Origin: Squalus acanthias | Taxonomy: Eukaryota | DNA: 64,000 nt | Direction: 5' to 3' | NCBI GenBank assembly: GCA_030390025.1 | Contig: CM059440.1 | Location: forward strand, 53,320,001 to 53,384,000 | In this document: in pieces, positions 49,601 through 60,345 of the stretch | How positions within the stretch are numbered: position 1 is the stretch's first letter | How the letters are laid out: each line of letters begins with the position of its first letter | Translations under genes and position numbers: made by a program | The notes under the pieces: model-generated | What the model was told of the DNA's origin: nothing | The model's input: the letters and a program-made list of their open reading frames with translations, nothing else | Databases searched by the model: none

Positions 49601-50330
49601 CCAGCCACTGTAATAAAGAAAAGACAGACTTGCATTTCTATAGCGCCTTTCACGACCACCGGACGTCCCAAAGCGCTTTACAGCCAATGATGTACTTTTT
49701 GAAGTGTCGTCACTGTTGTAATGTGGGAAACGCGGCAGCCACTTTACGCACAGCAAGATCCCACAAAGAGCAATGTGATAATGGCCAGACCATCTGTTTT
49801 TTTAGCAATGTTGATTGAGGGATAAATATTGGCCAGGACACCAGGGATAACTCAACTCCTCTTCTTCGAAATAGTGCCGTGGGATCTCTTATGTCCCTCC
49901 AAGAGGGCAGACGGGGCCTCGGTTTAACGTCTCATCCGAAAGACGGCACCTCCGACAGTGCAGCATTCCCTCAGCACTGCACTAGAGTGTCAGCCTAGAT
50001 TTTTGTTCTCAGGCCTCTGGAGAGGGACTTGAATCCACAGCCTTCTGACTCAGAGGCGAGAGTGCTGCCCACTGAACCATGGCTGACACATTAGAGAGAA
50101 AATCGTGATCTGGTGGGCTCAGCAGCAGGAGTTCTATTCTAATGTTTTATTTTCTTAATTCCTTTGACAAGTGGAATAGGGATTCCTACAGATACTTTAG
50201 CACTCATTCATCATTTAGTACCTCAATGGACCGTGCAATGTTCAAGCATTCTTCCATCCCTGGTATCTCCAGGTACATGACACACAGGTCTTTACATTTA
50301 ACAGTTATTATCCCTGAAGACCCTGCAAAT
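25486..50330 (-). CDS. MTMR9-like: Myotubularin-related protein 9-like (pseudophosphatase), coding exons 2-10; exon 1 not found in window
   Basis: Nine GT-AG bounded exons (109,126,174,218,162,142,221,152,146 nt) join in frame and translate to a protein colinear with vertebrate MTMR9 (e.g. [55 protein letters not shown]). Confidence 0.95.
26028..26342. mobile_element. DeuSINE 3' fragment (-) abutting a CR1 tail (+)
   Basis: Family-diagnostic tails in opposite orientation. Confidence 0.75.
27248..27612 (+). mobile_element. tRNA-derived SINE with poly(A)-LINE tail
   Basis: Head GGTAGCATAGTGGTT, body GTGACTCCAGACCCAC, tail GGCAATTAGGGATGGGCAATAAATGCTGGCC..A10. Confidence 0.8.
28793..29062 (-). 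mobile_element. DeuSINE 3' fragment with expanded (TTTC)n tail
   Basis: Tail homology plus (GAAA)n-like run on the + strand at 28793-28860. Confidence 0.75.
29093..29244 (-). CDS. MTMR9-like: MTMR9-like exon 9
   Basis: 152 nt, AG/GT borders; [50 protein letters not shown](G). Confidence 0.93.
30095..30537 (-). mobile_element. DeuSINE
   Basis: Family head/core/tail. Confidence 0.85.
31290..31818 (-). mobile_element. tRNA-derived SINE with extended LINE tail and nested CR1 tail (about 31490-31563)
   Basis: Head at 31818, body, LINE C-terminus PSPHGLQR..; inserted (TCATAGAG)n CR1 tail. Confidence 0.75.
32282..32530 (-). mobile_element. CR1 3' fragment
   Basis: (CATAGAAA)n tail and 3' UTR hairpin. 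Confidence 0.8.
33108..33415 (-). mobile_element. L2 LINE 3' fragment
   Basis: [24 protein letters not shown] and (TTG)n tail. Confidence 0.8.
33570..33708 (+). mobile_element. Poly(A)-tailed LINE extreme 3' fragment
   Basis: Tail homology to 39250-39388. Confidence 0.8.
33901..34121 (-). CDS. MTMR9-like: MTMR9-like exon 8
   Basis: 221 nt, AG/GT borders; [35 protein letters not shown]...[20 protein letters not shown](R). Confidence 0.95.
34292..34430. mobile_element. hAT-type MITE, 139 bp
   Basis: TIR CAATGTTCCCTGTAA / TTACAGGGAGCATTG flanked by a perfect 8-bp TSD GCTGGCAG (34284-34291, 34431-34438). Confidence 0.85.
34562..35175. mobile_element. GC-rich Harbinger-like MITE
   Basis: Imperfect TIR GGGGGAAAAATTCG / CGAATTTCTAGCCC; internal homology to 22080-22440 and 39430-39685. 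Confidence 0.65.
35368..36125 (-). mobile_element. L2 LINE 3' fragment
   Basis: Homologous to 33108-33415 and 23150-23540, extends further into ORF2. Confidence 0.8.
36512..36653 (-). CDS. MTMR9-like: MTMR9-like exon 7 (degenerate catalytic loop)
   Basis: 142 nt, AG/GT borders; [47 protein letters not shown]. Confidence 0.95.
37383..37920 (-). mobile_element. CR1 3' fragment
   Basis: [30 protein letters not shown]. Confidence 0.88.
38143..38304 (-). CDS. MTMR9-like: MTMR9-like exon 6
   Basis: 162 nt, AG/GT borders; [53 protein letters not shown](R). Confidence 0.95.
38463..38745. mobile_element. Harbinger-like MITE
   Basis: TIR GGCCTAAATATT / AATTTTTAGGCC with 3-bp TSD TGT. Confidence 0.75.
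38918..39388 (+). mobile_element. Poly(A)-tailed LINE 3' fragment
   Basis: ORF 38956-39324 matches the C-terminus of 4940-7470; ends in an A-run. Confidence 0.88.
39893..40090 (+). mobile_element. L2 3' tail
   Basis: Tail homology and (TTG)n. Confidence 0.78.
40360..42425 (-). mobile_element. Old L2 fragment hosting the minisatellite
   Basis: Flanks 40360-40755 and 42100-42425 are colinear with the L2 at 35600-36125; degenerate YADD (YANNTQLY). Confidence 0.65.
40757..42098. repeat. Minisatellite, 30-31 bp unit TTTCAGAGATGGAAGTGGAGACAGGCTGGG, about 44 copies
   Basis: Directly visible tandem array with a few recurring variants. Confidence 0.97.
42425..42842 (-). mobile_element. CR1 3' fragment
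   Basis: [24 protein letters not shown]. Confidence 0.85.
42984..43201 (-). CDS. MTMR9-like: MTMR9-like exon 5
   Basis: 218 nt, AG/GT borders; [21 protein letters not shown]...[21 protein letters not shown](R). Confidence 0.95.
43402..43800 (+). mobile_element. DeuSINE (internally deleted)
   Basis: Family head/core/tail. Confidence 0.8.
45041..45283 (-). mobile_element. Poly(A)-tailed LINE 3' fragment
   Basis: Tail homology, T-run on the + strand. Confidence 0.85.
45420..45593 (-). CDS. MTMR9-like: MTMR9-like exon 4
   Basis: 174 nt, AG/GT borders; [58 protein letters not shown]. Confidence 0.95.
45670..46118 (-). mobile_element. DeuSINE
   Basis: Family head/core/tail. Confidence 0.85.
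46946..47071 (-). CDS. MTMR9-like: MTMR9-like exon 3
   Basis: 126 nt, AG/GT borders; [42 protein letters not shown]. Confidence 0.93.
47272..47745 (-). mobile_element. CR1 3' fragment
   Basis: [18 protein letters not shown] and 3' UTR. Confidence 0.88.
48795..49175 (+). mobile_element. DeuSINE
   Basis: Family core/tail. Confidence 0.8.
49615..50090 (-). mobile_element. DeuSINE
   Basis: Family head/core/tail. Confidence 0.85.
50222..50330 (-). CDS. MTMR9-like: MTMR9-like exon 2 (PH-GRAM region)
   Basis: 109 nt, AG/GT borders; (R)[36 protein letters not shown]. Confidence 0.93.
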
Positions 50331-51567
50331 CTGGAAAAGAAAGAACAGGTTTAGTGTTGCTTAAATGCTTTGAGTAATGTAGATATCAGATTCAAACAGA
50401 AACGCATTAAGATATATTTACCGATTTTCAGAAGTAGGATCATCACGGGTGGGTTTCCTGTTTCTATGTTCTAGCCTCGTGTTCTGTAATATACAGTGCT
50501 AGGCTGCTTGTAGGCCTTTAATTGTCATGAAAAAAAACCCTGTCTGTTTCTTACAGTGTTAAAGCCGTCTTTAATGATATCAATATATTGCAAAACTCAC
50601 TCTCGGGTGCTCCTGCCTCACACCCTATTGAATTAAACAGAAAAATAGCAGGGACACAGGTACTTTAGAGGCAGTAGCTTGAAGGACGTGGAGCTGCACT
50701 ACTCCTGGAAGGGAAGTGTAAAAATAGAACCTTTGACATCTCATCAGTCGTTGTATGATTTACTAGTGATGTCTAGTGGTAGAAGATGATGACTGTGACT
50801 GACTCCAGTAGCTTCTATTTGATTTAATAAAAATATATTTGATTGACTTGTACGAACTGTGCACACTTGCGTGGTCATAGTGTAGCACAGAATACATGCG
50901 GTGATTATTTGGTACTTGCAAAGGAATCAGGTTGAAGTTATGTACATATGGGTGGCATTACTTCATGACGAGGCTGAGGTACAAATGTGATATTAAAACG
51001 ACACATTAAGCATTGTTGAGGCATGGTAGAGGGGGCTTCACTGTGCATCGAACCATGCCATACCTGACACGCTAATGTTGCATTCCTCAGCATTAACTTT
51101 GATGATCACAAATTCACAACAAAATGTTAAAAAGCGATGTGGATTGCAGCTGATTCAGGTTGCAGTCTGTACCACACAACTCCAGGATTTTCTACTTGCA
51201 CAAGAATAAATACAGAAAAAAAGTCTGTTTGGTGCTTGCTGACTTTCCTCTAGGACCCCCTTTCGGTGCACGGTAGAATCGACCAAACACCTGCTGCACA
51301 CACATGCACACAGTTCCCTTTCCCAGCCCAAGTGACCAGGTTTTCTGAGCTAACCCGTTCGGAGTGTCGTGTGCACATGAAAATGTGACTTTGAGTTCAC
51401 ACAAATCGGAGAAAACTCTCCAGCATCTACAGTGATCCACTTAGAACCGCATTAATGCAACAAATATAGAGAGTGTCTACTGCTTCATGATCAACAAGTG
51501 GCAAAGAAGTGTGTTCGAACCTGTGTCAAAATCAGGCTCACTGTGGTAGATAAAGAGAGCAAATATG

Positions 51568-52313
51568 GGCCCTGAAATTCGCCTCTCCGGCTTGCCGCGG
51601 GGGTAAGGATCGCGCGCACACTTACCTACCGCGCCTGCCGTTGACCTCTGGGCCCACGGGGACTTCAGCTCCTGGGCCTGCTCCAAGTGCCGGCGCGCAG
51701 TGCTTGCGTGTCCCAGGGGCGTAGTTAGTGCGATGCGTCCCCTGGGATCACGTGGGCCATGGAGAGCCAATGGCAGCAGACCATCTTTCATTCATAGATT
51801 TGACAGGAAGACCTGTCAAATCTATGAATTGAAATCGGCCCCAAAAGAACAGCTAAACTTCAAATACATTTTTTAAAAAACCATCACATTTATAAAATAA
51901 CTATAAGTTAAATAAATTAACTACTTTAAACAAAAATTTAAATTTTTGAAAAAATTAAAATACTTTTTAACAGTGCTAAAAATAAACTTACCTTTCTTTA
52001 AAGTATCTAAAAAAGATAAACCTGTTGAAAAAATCTTTTAAATTATAATTAATTAACCACTTACCTTGTTGAAACGGGTCCTGCGCCTCCTTTTTAAAAG
52101 CGCAGGTTCTTCAATACTTACCCTCCCGGAGAAACCTGAAAAAAAAACTAAGTTTGCTGCGCACGCGGTTCACCTCTGAACCGCTCCCTTCACCAGACCG
52201 GAAGTTCCGGTTTCCCGCACATGCGCAGTGCATGCAGGAAACCGGCACTTCAGGACGCCTTACGGGTGAGTACACAGTGCGTACTCATCCGGCAAGTGCC
52301 GAAGTTTTGGCCC
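51568..52313. mobile_element. Harbinger-like MITE with internal hairpins
   Basis: Imperfect TIR GGCCCTGAAATTCG / CGAAGTTTTGGCCC, 3-bp TSD ATG. Confidence 0.65.
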
Positions 52314-52629
52314 ATGATTTCTATCTGAAATCAGGAAATGGATGTGCTTGCGTGGAAGAGATGGGTCAGTATGGTTGTACACGTGCTGCACTGTCAAAAG
52401 ATTTATGTCAGGGTCTGTTTTTTCAGCAGCATGAGTACATCCAACGGCTGTCACCATGGACAAAGACTTAGTCAGACTCTCAGTACCTGAGTTAAACGGG
52501 TGAATTGAGAATCCAAGAGTACATGTGGTGCAGGGCCTGACTGTTTTCATCCAGCAGCTATTACCACATTCACGTCTAGATTTTCTTATCTTTTGTGATC
52601 CAGAAACTGTAACAATGACAGTGAGGCTT

Positions 52630-52962
52630 TGATAGGTTAGATAGAGAGAAACGATTTCCTCTGGTGGGGGGAGTCCAGAGCAAGGGAGCATCACCTTAAA
52701 ATTAGAGCCAGGCCGTTCAGGGGTGATGTCAGGAAGCACTTCTTCACACAAAGGGTGGTGGACATCTGGAACTCTCTCCCCCCAAAAGCTGTTGAGGTCA
52801 ATTGAAGATTTCAAAACTGAGACTGATAGATTTTTGTTCGGCGAGGGTATTAAGGGTTACTGGAACCAAGGCGGGTAGATGGAGTTAAGATACAGATCAG
52901 TCCATGATCTCATTGAATGGCGGAACAGTCTCGAGGGGCTGAATGGCCTCCTCCTGTTCTTT
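52630..52962 (+). mobile_element. CR1 3' fragment
   Basis: FFTQRVVDIWNSLP-type C-terminus and 3' UTR. Confidence 0.8.
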
Positions 52963-53677
52963 ATAGTCACATTACATCAGAAAAGAGTCCATTCAATACA
53001 ACAGATGCAGAAAGCGTACAAACAATAGCTTTGCAACGTAACGTTAGCAATAACTGAGGCACTTCTTTAAAAAATCCTTACAGAAAGTAAGAGCAGTTGG
53101 ACCACTAAAGTTGCTGTTAAATTGAGGGATAAAAATAAAAAAGCTCTTTAGCAGTCGCTCGGGAGAAACTTTTAGTTGTCCAATATAATCTGCAAAAGCG
53201 CAATGCTTTTAAGTCTAACATGAAACAAGCAGGCTGACAGCGATTAAATACCAGACCTGTCCCCGTTCTCCTGATTTACAGACTTGATGCTTGGGTATCC
53301 ACTTAGATTCTGAACACTGGTTAGAAAACAAAGGGAAAGAAAAAAGGCAAACACAGGCGATGTTAGTATCAGAAAGAAAGAAGCATTTGTTAAATATTGA
53401 GTTCTGCATTTAACAAATCCTGCTTTCTCTACTCTTGTTACAACAGAAAGTTAGAATGACTCCTGTGGGTTAAATACAAAATCATTGTTAAAATGAAAAA
53501 AAAAAACGAGGGAAATTTAGAATTTCAATTAAAGAAATACTGGAAATACACAGCGGGTAAGTAAGCATTTGGAAAAGAAAGATGGGATAACGTCTGGATG
53601 AGATCATTCATCAGAACTGGAATCAGATCATTGTTAATGTAGTTATGCCACTATTAAGGATGGCTTAAAATGCACCC

Positions 53678-54254
53678 GGGGCCAAATATTCAGCCACCTG
53701 TTATAATTGCCAATTTGCAGGTTTAGAGGGACATCTCTTGATATAAATATGATGGGTGGGCATCTGCAGCACTAAGAGCTTATCTTGGGCCTCCACCTAC
53801 CCATGGCGGAATGTGTTGGGTCCAGAGGGGGGCAGGGTTTGTGCCGGGACCCCCCACCCCCCCACCCACCGGAATGGGATTATAACCGCCTCAAAGGTGG
53901 CTGCAAAACTTGTTTTTAAAACTGCCTCCTCTATGGAGGCTGAGGTCATAACCTAGGCCTGGATCCCCAGGCGAGCCCCGCTCCTGATATTCAGTGGACC
54001 AGTGCGCCTGGTCCCACCCGGTGCCAATTTGTAGGCGTGGTGTAGGCCGCGGCTGGGAGTCCCCATCCCCTCCGACACCAATGGCCTTGTTTGAGGCGAG
54101 CGAAGGCTTCTCCCCTTACAAGGCCACGAGGAAACTCCCACTGAAGACTGGGACCCAGCATTTCTTGGTCCTGGCTTAACTTGCGGTCCGTCCGCCACAC
54201 TCCTGCTGGGGTTACAGCAGAAGTGCACTGAAAGAGCCGCAGATTTTCAGCCCC
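53678..54254. mobile_element. GC-rich MITE-like element
   Basis: Ends GGGGCCAAATATTC / GATTTTCAGCCCC resemble the other Harbinger-like MITEs; TSD not clear. Confidence 0.45.
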
Positions 54255-54371
54255 TTAACGTCAGCCTTCAGTGGGCAATCTAACTTCCTGTTGCAATGTG
54301 GTGAATAGTTCAAGATGATTTTCCAGTGCAAGGCCTTAATAACGAAATAAATTAAATTCTTAAATGACCCT

Positions 54372-54786
54372 GGGGTATGGTAGCATAGTGGTTATGTTAC
54401 TAGACTAATGGCCCAGGCTAATAATCTGGTGACAGGAGTTCAAATCTTCACGTTCAAGCAATTTGGGAATTTAAATTCAATTAAATAAATCTGGAATAAA
54501 GAGCTAGTATGAAACCATTGGATTTTTTGTAAAAACCCAATTGGTTCACTGATGTACTTACCCGGTCTGGCCTATATGTGACTCCAGACCCACAGCAATG
54601 TGGTTGACTCTTAACTGCCCTCTGAAATGGCCTGGCAAGCCACTCAGTTGTACCATAACTGCTAGGAAAAACAATAAGAATACCTAATACCTTCACCACA
54701 TGCACTGCAGCTTCTCAAGGGCAATTAGGGATGGGCAATAAATGCTGGCCCTGCCAGTGACGCCCGCATTAAATGAATTAAAAAAA
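54372..54786 (+). mobile_element. tRNA-derived SINE with poly(A)-LINE tail
   Basis: Same family as 27248-27612. Confidence 0.8.
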
Positions 54787-56154
54787 TGGTAGTCTGAAAA
54801 TGATTCCTGGCTAACAGAAAATATTTGCAAGTAGCAGAAATGTACAGCCAGTTGACCAGCCAGTTCTCATCTTTGGTTACTGTAAATTTTTGATTGGTGA
54901 TATACTGGAGATTAAGAAATAACGTGATCCCACCGTACTACAATAATATTGCACAGAGAGTATTCATTCATTTAACGTCAACTTTAAAAAGCATGCAATC
55001 CTGTCTTCATTTTTTCACAATGTTTAGTTATTAGTTACTTATTGAAAGGACTGAATCTTTATTTGAACAATGTTGTACCTTGAACCATGCTATGTAACCA
55101 AACATCTCAGTGTTAATACAATAGTTACATGTCGATATCAGTAGCAGCTGTGGTTCAGTGTGGTAGCATCCCTGCTCCAAGAAACTTGACCACAAAAATC
55201 TAGGCTGACACTGTACTGAGGGAGTGCTACACTCTCAGAGGTGCTGTCTTTCAGATGAGATGTTAAACTGCTGCCCTCTCAGCTCCACAGAGCAGTTGTG
55301 GATTTTAGTTTCACATTTTTATAATCAATTACATGTCAGTTTTCCCCACATTATTGTAAAGTGCAACTCTGACATTATTCTTTGGCTATCTTGGGAGTGT
55401 TTGCTTGATATTGGTAGTCAAGAATATTGATCGCGCAGAAGGGCTGCACCAATTTCTCTCTTTATATAATGCGTGTGATCTGGGAAGTGTGAGCATATTT
55501 GTCAGCTCTCAGTTATGGTGCTGCGGCGCTGCACCTCAAGATCAGCTGTGCAGAACTGAAATAGTAAATGTAGGATTCACTTCCACACACAGGCACATAC
55601 TTCATATGAATGTGGCTCTTGTGTTATAACATTTTCTTCTGTAGGACTCCCAGATCCTGATCAGGGTTTTAACAAAGAGAAAAAACTTCCCATGCAGCTT
55701 TGACCTTCTTCCTGTTTGTTTTCGTCTGTAGTAGCACTTAGGGAGTGCTGCACTGTCAGAGTTTTGCCTTCTCCTCCCTGCAGCCTCCCTCACTGTGTGG
55801 AAATCAAGACTCATTGCACCATCTTATTCTTTTACTCATTTTTTTACTCAGAACTCAAAACCCGAGCTCTTTACCCTCTCGCTCTTTCCAACTTTCCGCA
55901 ATCTATAGGTTTTTGAAACCCAATTAAAAAACCATTTTAGCCACCGGGCATCATATATGAAAGACAGAAACATGGTTTCCCATCATATGGCAAATGTGCT
56001 TGGATATGCGAATATCGTAGCTTTATTCTATCCAAAAAGCCATTATGATCATATGAACATGTTATGATCATTTTTAATCGATTTCTCAGTTAAGGGTGCC
56101 ATGATGGCAAAATGCTTTGGTGCTAAGCAGTGGCAGGATGTGGGTTTGAATCTA

Positions 56155-56590
56155 AGAGCGTAAGAATTAGGAGCAGGAGTAGGCCATAGGGCCCCTCGAG
56201 CCTGCTCCGCCATTCAATAAGATCATGGCTGATCTTCGACCTCAACTCTACTTTCCCCCCCGATCCCCATATCCCTCGATTCCCCCAGAATCCAAAAATC
56301 TATCGATCTCAGCTTTGAATATACTCAACGATTCAGCATCCAAAGCCCTTTGGGGTAGAGAGTGTCAAAGATTCACAACCCTCTGAGTGAAGAAATTCCT
56401 CCTCATCTCAGTCTTAAATGACTGACCCTTTATCCTGAGACTGTGACCCCTAGTTCTAGACTCTCCAGCCAGGAGAAAAAATCTCTCAGCATCTACCCTG
56501 TCAATCCACCTCAGAATCTTATATGTTTCAATGAGATCACCTCTCATTCTTCTAAACTCCAGAGAGGATAGGCCCGGTCTACTCAATCTG
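56155..56590 (-). mobile_element. CR1 3' fragment
   Basis: [26 protein letters not shown]. Confidence 0.88.
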
Positions 56591-56979
56591 TATTTCTTCA
56601 TTTGGTAACTTACGAACCTTAGCCTTATTCCCATGAGCCGGGTTAAACACTGAAGGGAAGTTTACCCTGGCTCCACTCTTGCTCACCTCCTAGAAGTTGG
56701 GTGCATAGCGGCATTGATAAGAGATCTGGGAAAAAGTTAGCTTCTGTGGACCGTGTGTGACAAAACGAAGCCAAAAAGATGAAGAGAAAACAAATAAATT
56801 ATCTTTGAAAACTATAATAAATGTCTCAGCCATTTGTTACTTTCAATACAAAGTGACCAGCTTGTTTACATTTACGGCCACTTCTTTGGAAAAACAGACA
56901 GAAAAATGGCACTAAAATAACAATAATTACATTTCCATACTTTTACCAGATTTTACTATTTCAGCTGTGGCTCAGTGGG

Positions 56980-57425
56980 TAGCACCCTCACCTCTGAGTC
57001 AGAAGGTTGTGGGTTCATAGTCCCACTCCAGGGACTTGAGCACAAAAATCTAGGCTGACACTCCCAGCGGAGTGCTGCACTGTCCGAGGTGCCGTCTTTT
57101 GGATGAGATGTTAAACCGAGGCCCCGTCTGCTCTCTCAGGTGGACATAAAAGATCCCATGGCACTATTTCGAAGAAGAGCAAGGGGAGTTATCCCCGGTG
57201 TCCTGGGCCAATATTTATCCCTCAATCAACATCACTAAAAACAGATGATCTGGTCATTATCACATTGCTGTTTGTGGGAGCTTGCTGTGCGCAAACTGGC
57301 TGCCGCGTTTCCTGCATTACAACAGTGACTACACTTTGAAAAGTACTTGATTGGCTGTAAAGTGCTTTGAGACGTCCGGTGGTCGTGAAAGGCGCTATAG
57401 GAAAGCAAGTCTTTCTTTCTTTCTT
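56980..57425 (+). mobile_element. DeuSINE, near full length
   Basis: Head TCAGCTGTGGCTCAGTGGGTAGCA, Deu core, tail (CTTT)n. Confidence 0.88.
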
Positions 57426-58056
57426 CTCTCTCTACAATACAATAGGGGCTTTCCTGTTAAAGATATGAGTCCCTACGCACTGAGGCTGAGTCACCGCTGA
57501 GGATTCTGCCAGCTCTCTGAATCATTGCTGAACCGAGAACCGAGCTGCGTCTCTGACACTGAGATGGGTTTTTTCACAGGTCAGTAAATTGGCAACCAGC
57601 CACCTGGAGTGAAATGAATGACGCGGAATTAGATAAAATGTGCAGCAGAGAAACAGGTCACTCGGCCCGTGGTCCGAAGGCAGCACCCGCGGTCAGGCTT
57701 CGAAGAGGGAAGATGGATGGACACGTTAGATTTGACGATATGCAGAGAGTGGTGAGCGCATGGAACAGGCGGCCCAGGGAATCACTGGAGGCGGATAGTG
57801 TGGAAATATTTCAGGGAGAACTGGATCGCTATTTAAGGGAGTGGGTGGTGGAGGAATATTAGTTTTGGGGACAGACCAGATGGACTGCGGAATCTTTTCT
57901 TGTCCTGTATTTTCCTGTGTTGCTACTACCAAATAACATAAATTTTTTGGCGAACTAGTATTAACAGCAACATTCATTTTTTTAATTATTTCACGGGATG
58001 TGGGCGTCGCTGGCAAGGCCAGCATTTAATGTCCATCCCTAATTGCCCTCGAGAAG

Positions 58057-59386
58057 TTAGAAACACAGAAACATAGAAAATAGGTACAGGAGTAGACCAT
58101 TCGGTCCTTCGAGCCTGCACCGCCATTCAATGCGTTCATGGCTGAACATGCTACCTCAGTACCCCATTCCTGCTTTCTCGCCATACCCCTTGATCCCCCT
58201 AGTTGTGAGTGTTATATCTAACTCCCTTTTGAATATATTTAGCGAACTGGCCTCAAAAACCTTTTGTGGAAGAGAATTCCATAGATTCACCACTCTCTGG
58301 GTGAAGAAGTTCCTCCTCAGCTCAGTCTTAAATGGCTTCCCCTTAATCCTTAGACTGTGACCCCTGGTTCTAGTTTTCCCTAACATTGGGAACATTCTGC
58401 CCGCATCTAATTTGTCTAAACCAGTCAGGATTTTAAATGTCTCTATAAGATCCCCCCTCATTCTTCTGAACTCCAGAGGATACAAGTTCAGTTGACCCAA
58501 TCTTTCTTGATATGTCAGACCGGCCATCCCAGGAATCAATCTAGTGAACCTTCGATGCACTCCCTCAATAGCAAGAATGTCCTTCCTTAAGTTAGGAGAC
58601 CAAAACTGTGCACAATACTCCAGGTGTGGCCTCACCAAGGCCCTGTACAACTGCAGCATCACCTCCCTACTCCTGTACTCAAATCCCCTTACTATGAAGG
58701 CCATCATTCCGTTTGCTTTCTTGACTGCCTGCTGCACTTGCATTCCCACCTTCAGTGACTGATGTACCATGACGCCCAGGTCTCGTTGCACCTCCCCTTT
58801 CCCTAATCTGCCACCATTCAGGTAATAGTCCGCCTCTCTATTTTTACCACCAAAGTGGATAACCTCACATTTATCCACATTGTACTTCATCTGCCATACA
58901 TTTGCCCATTCACCCAACCTGTCCAAGTCACTCTGTAGCCTCCTAGCATCCTCCTCATTGTTCACACTGCCTCCCAATTTAGTGTCATCCGCAAATTTGG
59001 AGATATTACATTTAATCCCTTCGTCCAAATCATTAATATATAATGTAAACAGCTGGGGTCCCAGCACCGAACCCTGCGGTACCCCGCTGGTCACTGCCTG
59101 CCATTCTGAAAAGTACCCATTTACTCCTACTCTTTGTTTCCTGTGTGCCAACCAGTTCTCAATCCACGTCAACACATTACCCCCAATCCCATGTGCTTTA
59201 ACTTTGCTCACCAATCTCTTGTGTGGGACCTTGTCGAAGGCCTTCTGAAAGTCCAAATACACCACATCTACTGGTTCCCCCCTGTCCACCCTATTGGAAA
59301 CATCCTCAAAAAATTCCAGAAGATTTGTCAAGCATGATTTCCCTTTCACAAATCCATGCTGACTTGGACCTATCATGTCGCCATGT
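58057..59386 (-). mobile_element. Young 5'-truncated CR1 LINE with an uninterrupted 406-aa RT/C-terminal frame
   Basis: ORF 58156-59376: QHGFVKGKSCLTNL, YLDFQKAFDKVPH, GVPQGSVLGP, KFADDTKL; intact 3' UTR. Confidence 0.95.
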
Positions 59387-59387
59387 T

Positions 59388-59723
59388 GGTGGTTGAATAC
59401 AACTGAGTGGCTTGCTGAGCCATTTCAGAGGGCAGTTAAGAGTCAACCACATTGCTGTGGGTCTGGAGTCACATATAGGCCAGACCAGGTAAGGGCGGCA
59501 GATTTCCTTCTCTAAAAGGACATTAGTGAACCAGATGGGTTTTTATGACAATCCAGTAGTTTCACGGTCACCATTACTGATACTAGCTTTTTATTCCAGA
59601 TTTATTAAATTGAATTTAAATTCCCCAGCTGTCATGGTGGTATTTGAACTCGTATCTCCAGATCATTGGGCCAGGCTTCTGGATTACTAGGCCAGTAACA
59701 CATCCACTATGCTACCGTACCCC
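59388..59723 (-). mobile_element. tRNA-derived SINE (same family as 27248)
   Basis: Head at 59723, body to 59388, abuts the CR1 5' end. Confidence 0.8.
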
Positions 59724-60102
59724 ATAATAAGAAACATTCTGCCCTATATGTCCCCTATACTAACCCATGTCACATTTCACTTTGGCTTGATTTCACTGGG
59801 CTATCCCTGCTCAAAGTAATGTTGATCAGATAAAGAGATAAATAACATTTCAGGTTTGCCTCTTTTCATAACTTGGTGATAGTTTTGCCATCAGAACCAA
59901 TTCAGAAGTTGCTTGACAGTTGGACAGTCCAAGATCTGAAACAGCAGGGTGGTGATGTAATGAGGGAAGGGACTCTGACACATCTCCTCAAATCAGCTCT
60001 GAAGGAACCCAAGTGCTTTCTCTCATCTCCTGTTCCATTGGCAGATGCATCGCCTACCATCAAAGGACTCAGCAGCCACCCCCTCACTCCAGCTACAAAG
60101 GA

Positions 60103-60345
60103 ACTCACTCAGAGGGTGGCGAATCTTTGGAATTCTCTACCCCAGAGAGCTGTGGAGGCTCAGTCGTTGAGTGTATTCAAGACAGAGATCAATAAATTTT
60201 TGGATTCTGAGGGAATCCAGTGATATGGGGATCAGGCGGGAAAGTGGAGATGAGGTAGAAGATCAGCCATGATCTTATTGAATGGCGGAGCAGGCTCGAG
60301 GGGCCGAATGACCGACTCCTGCTCCTATTTCTTATGTTCTTGTGT
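60103..60345 (+). mobile_element. CR1 3' fragment
   Basis: TQRVANLWNSLPQRAVEA and 3' UTR. Confidence 0.82.
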
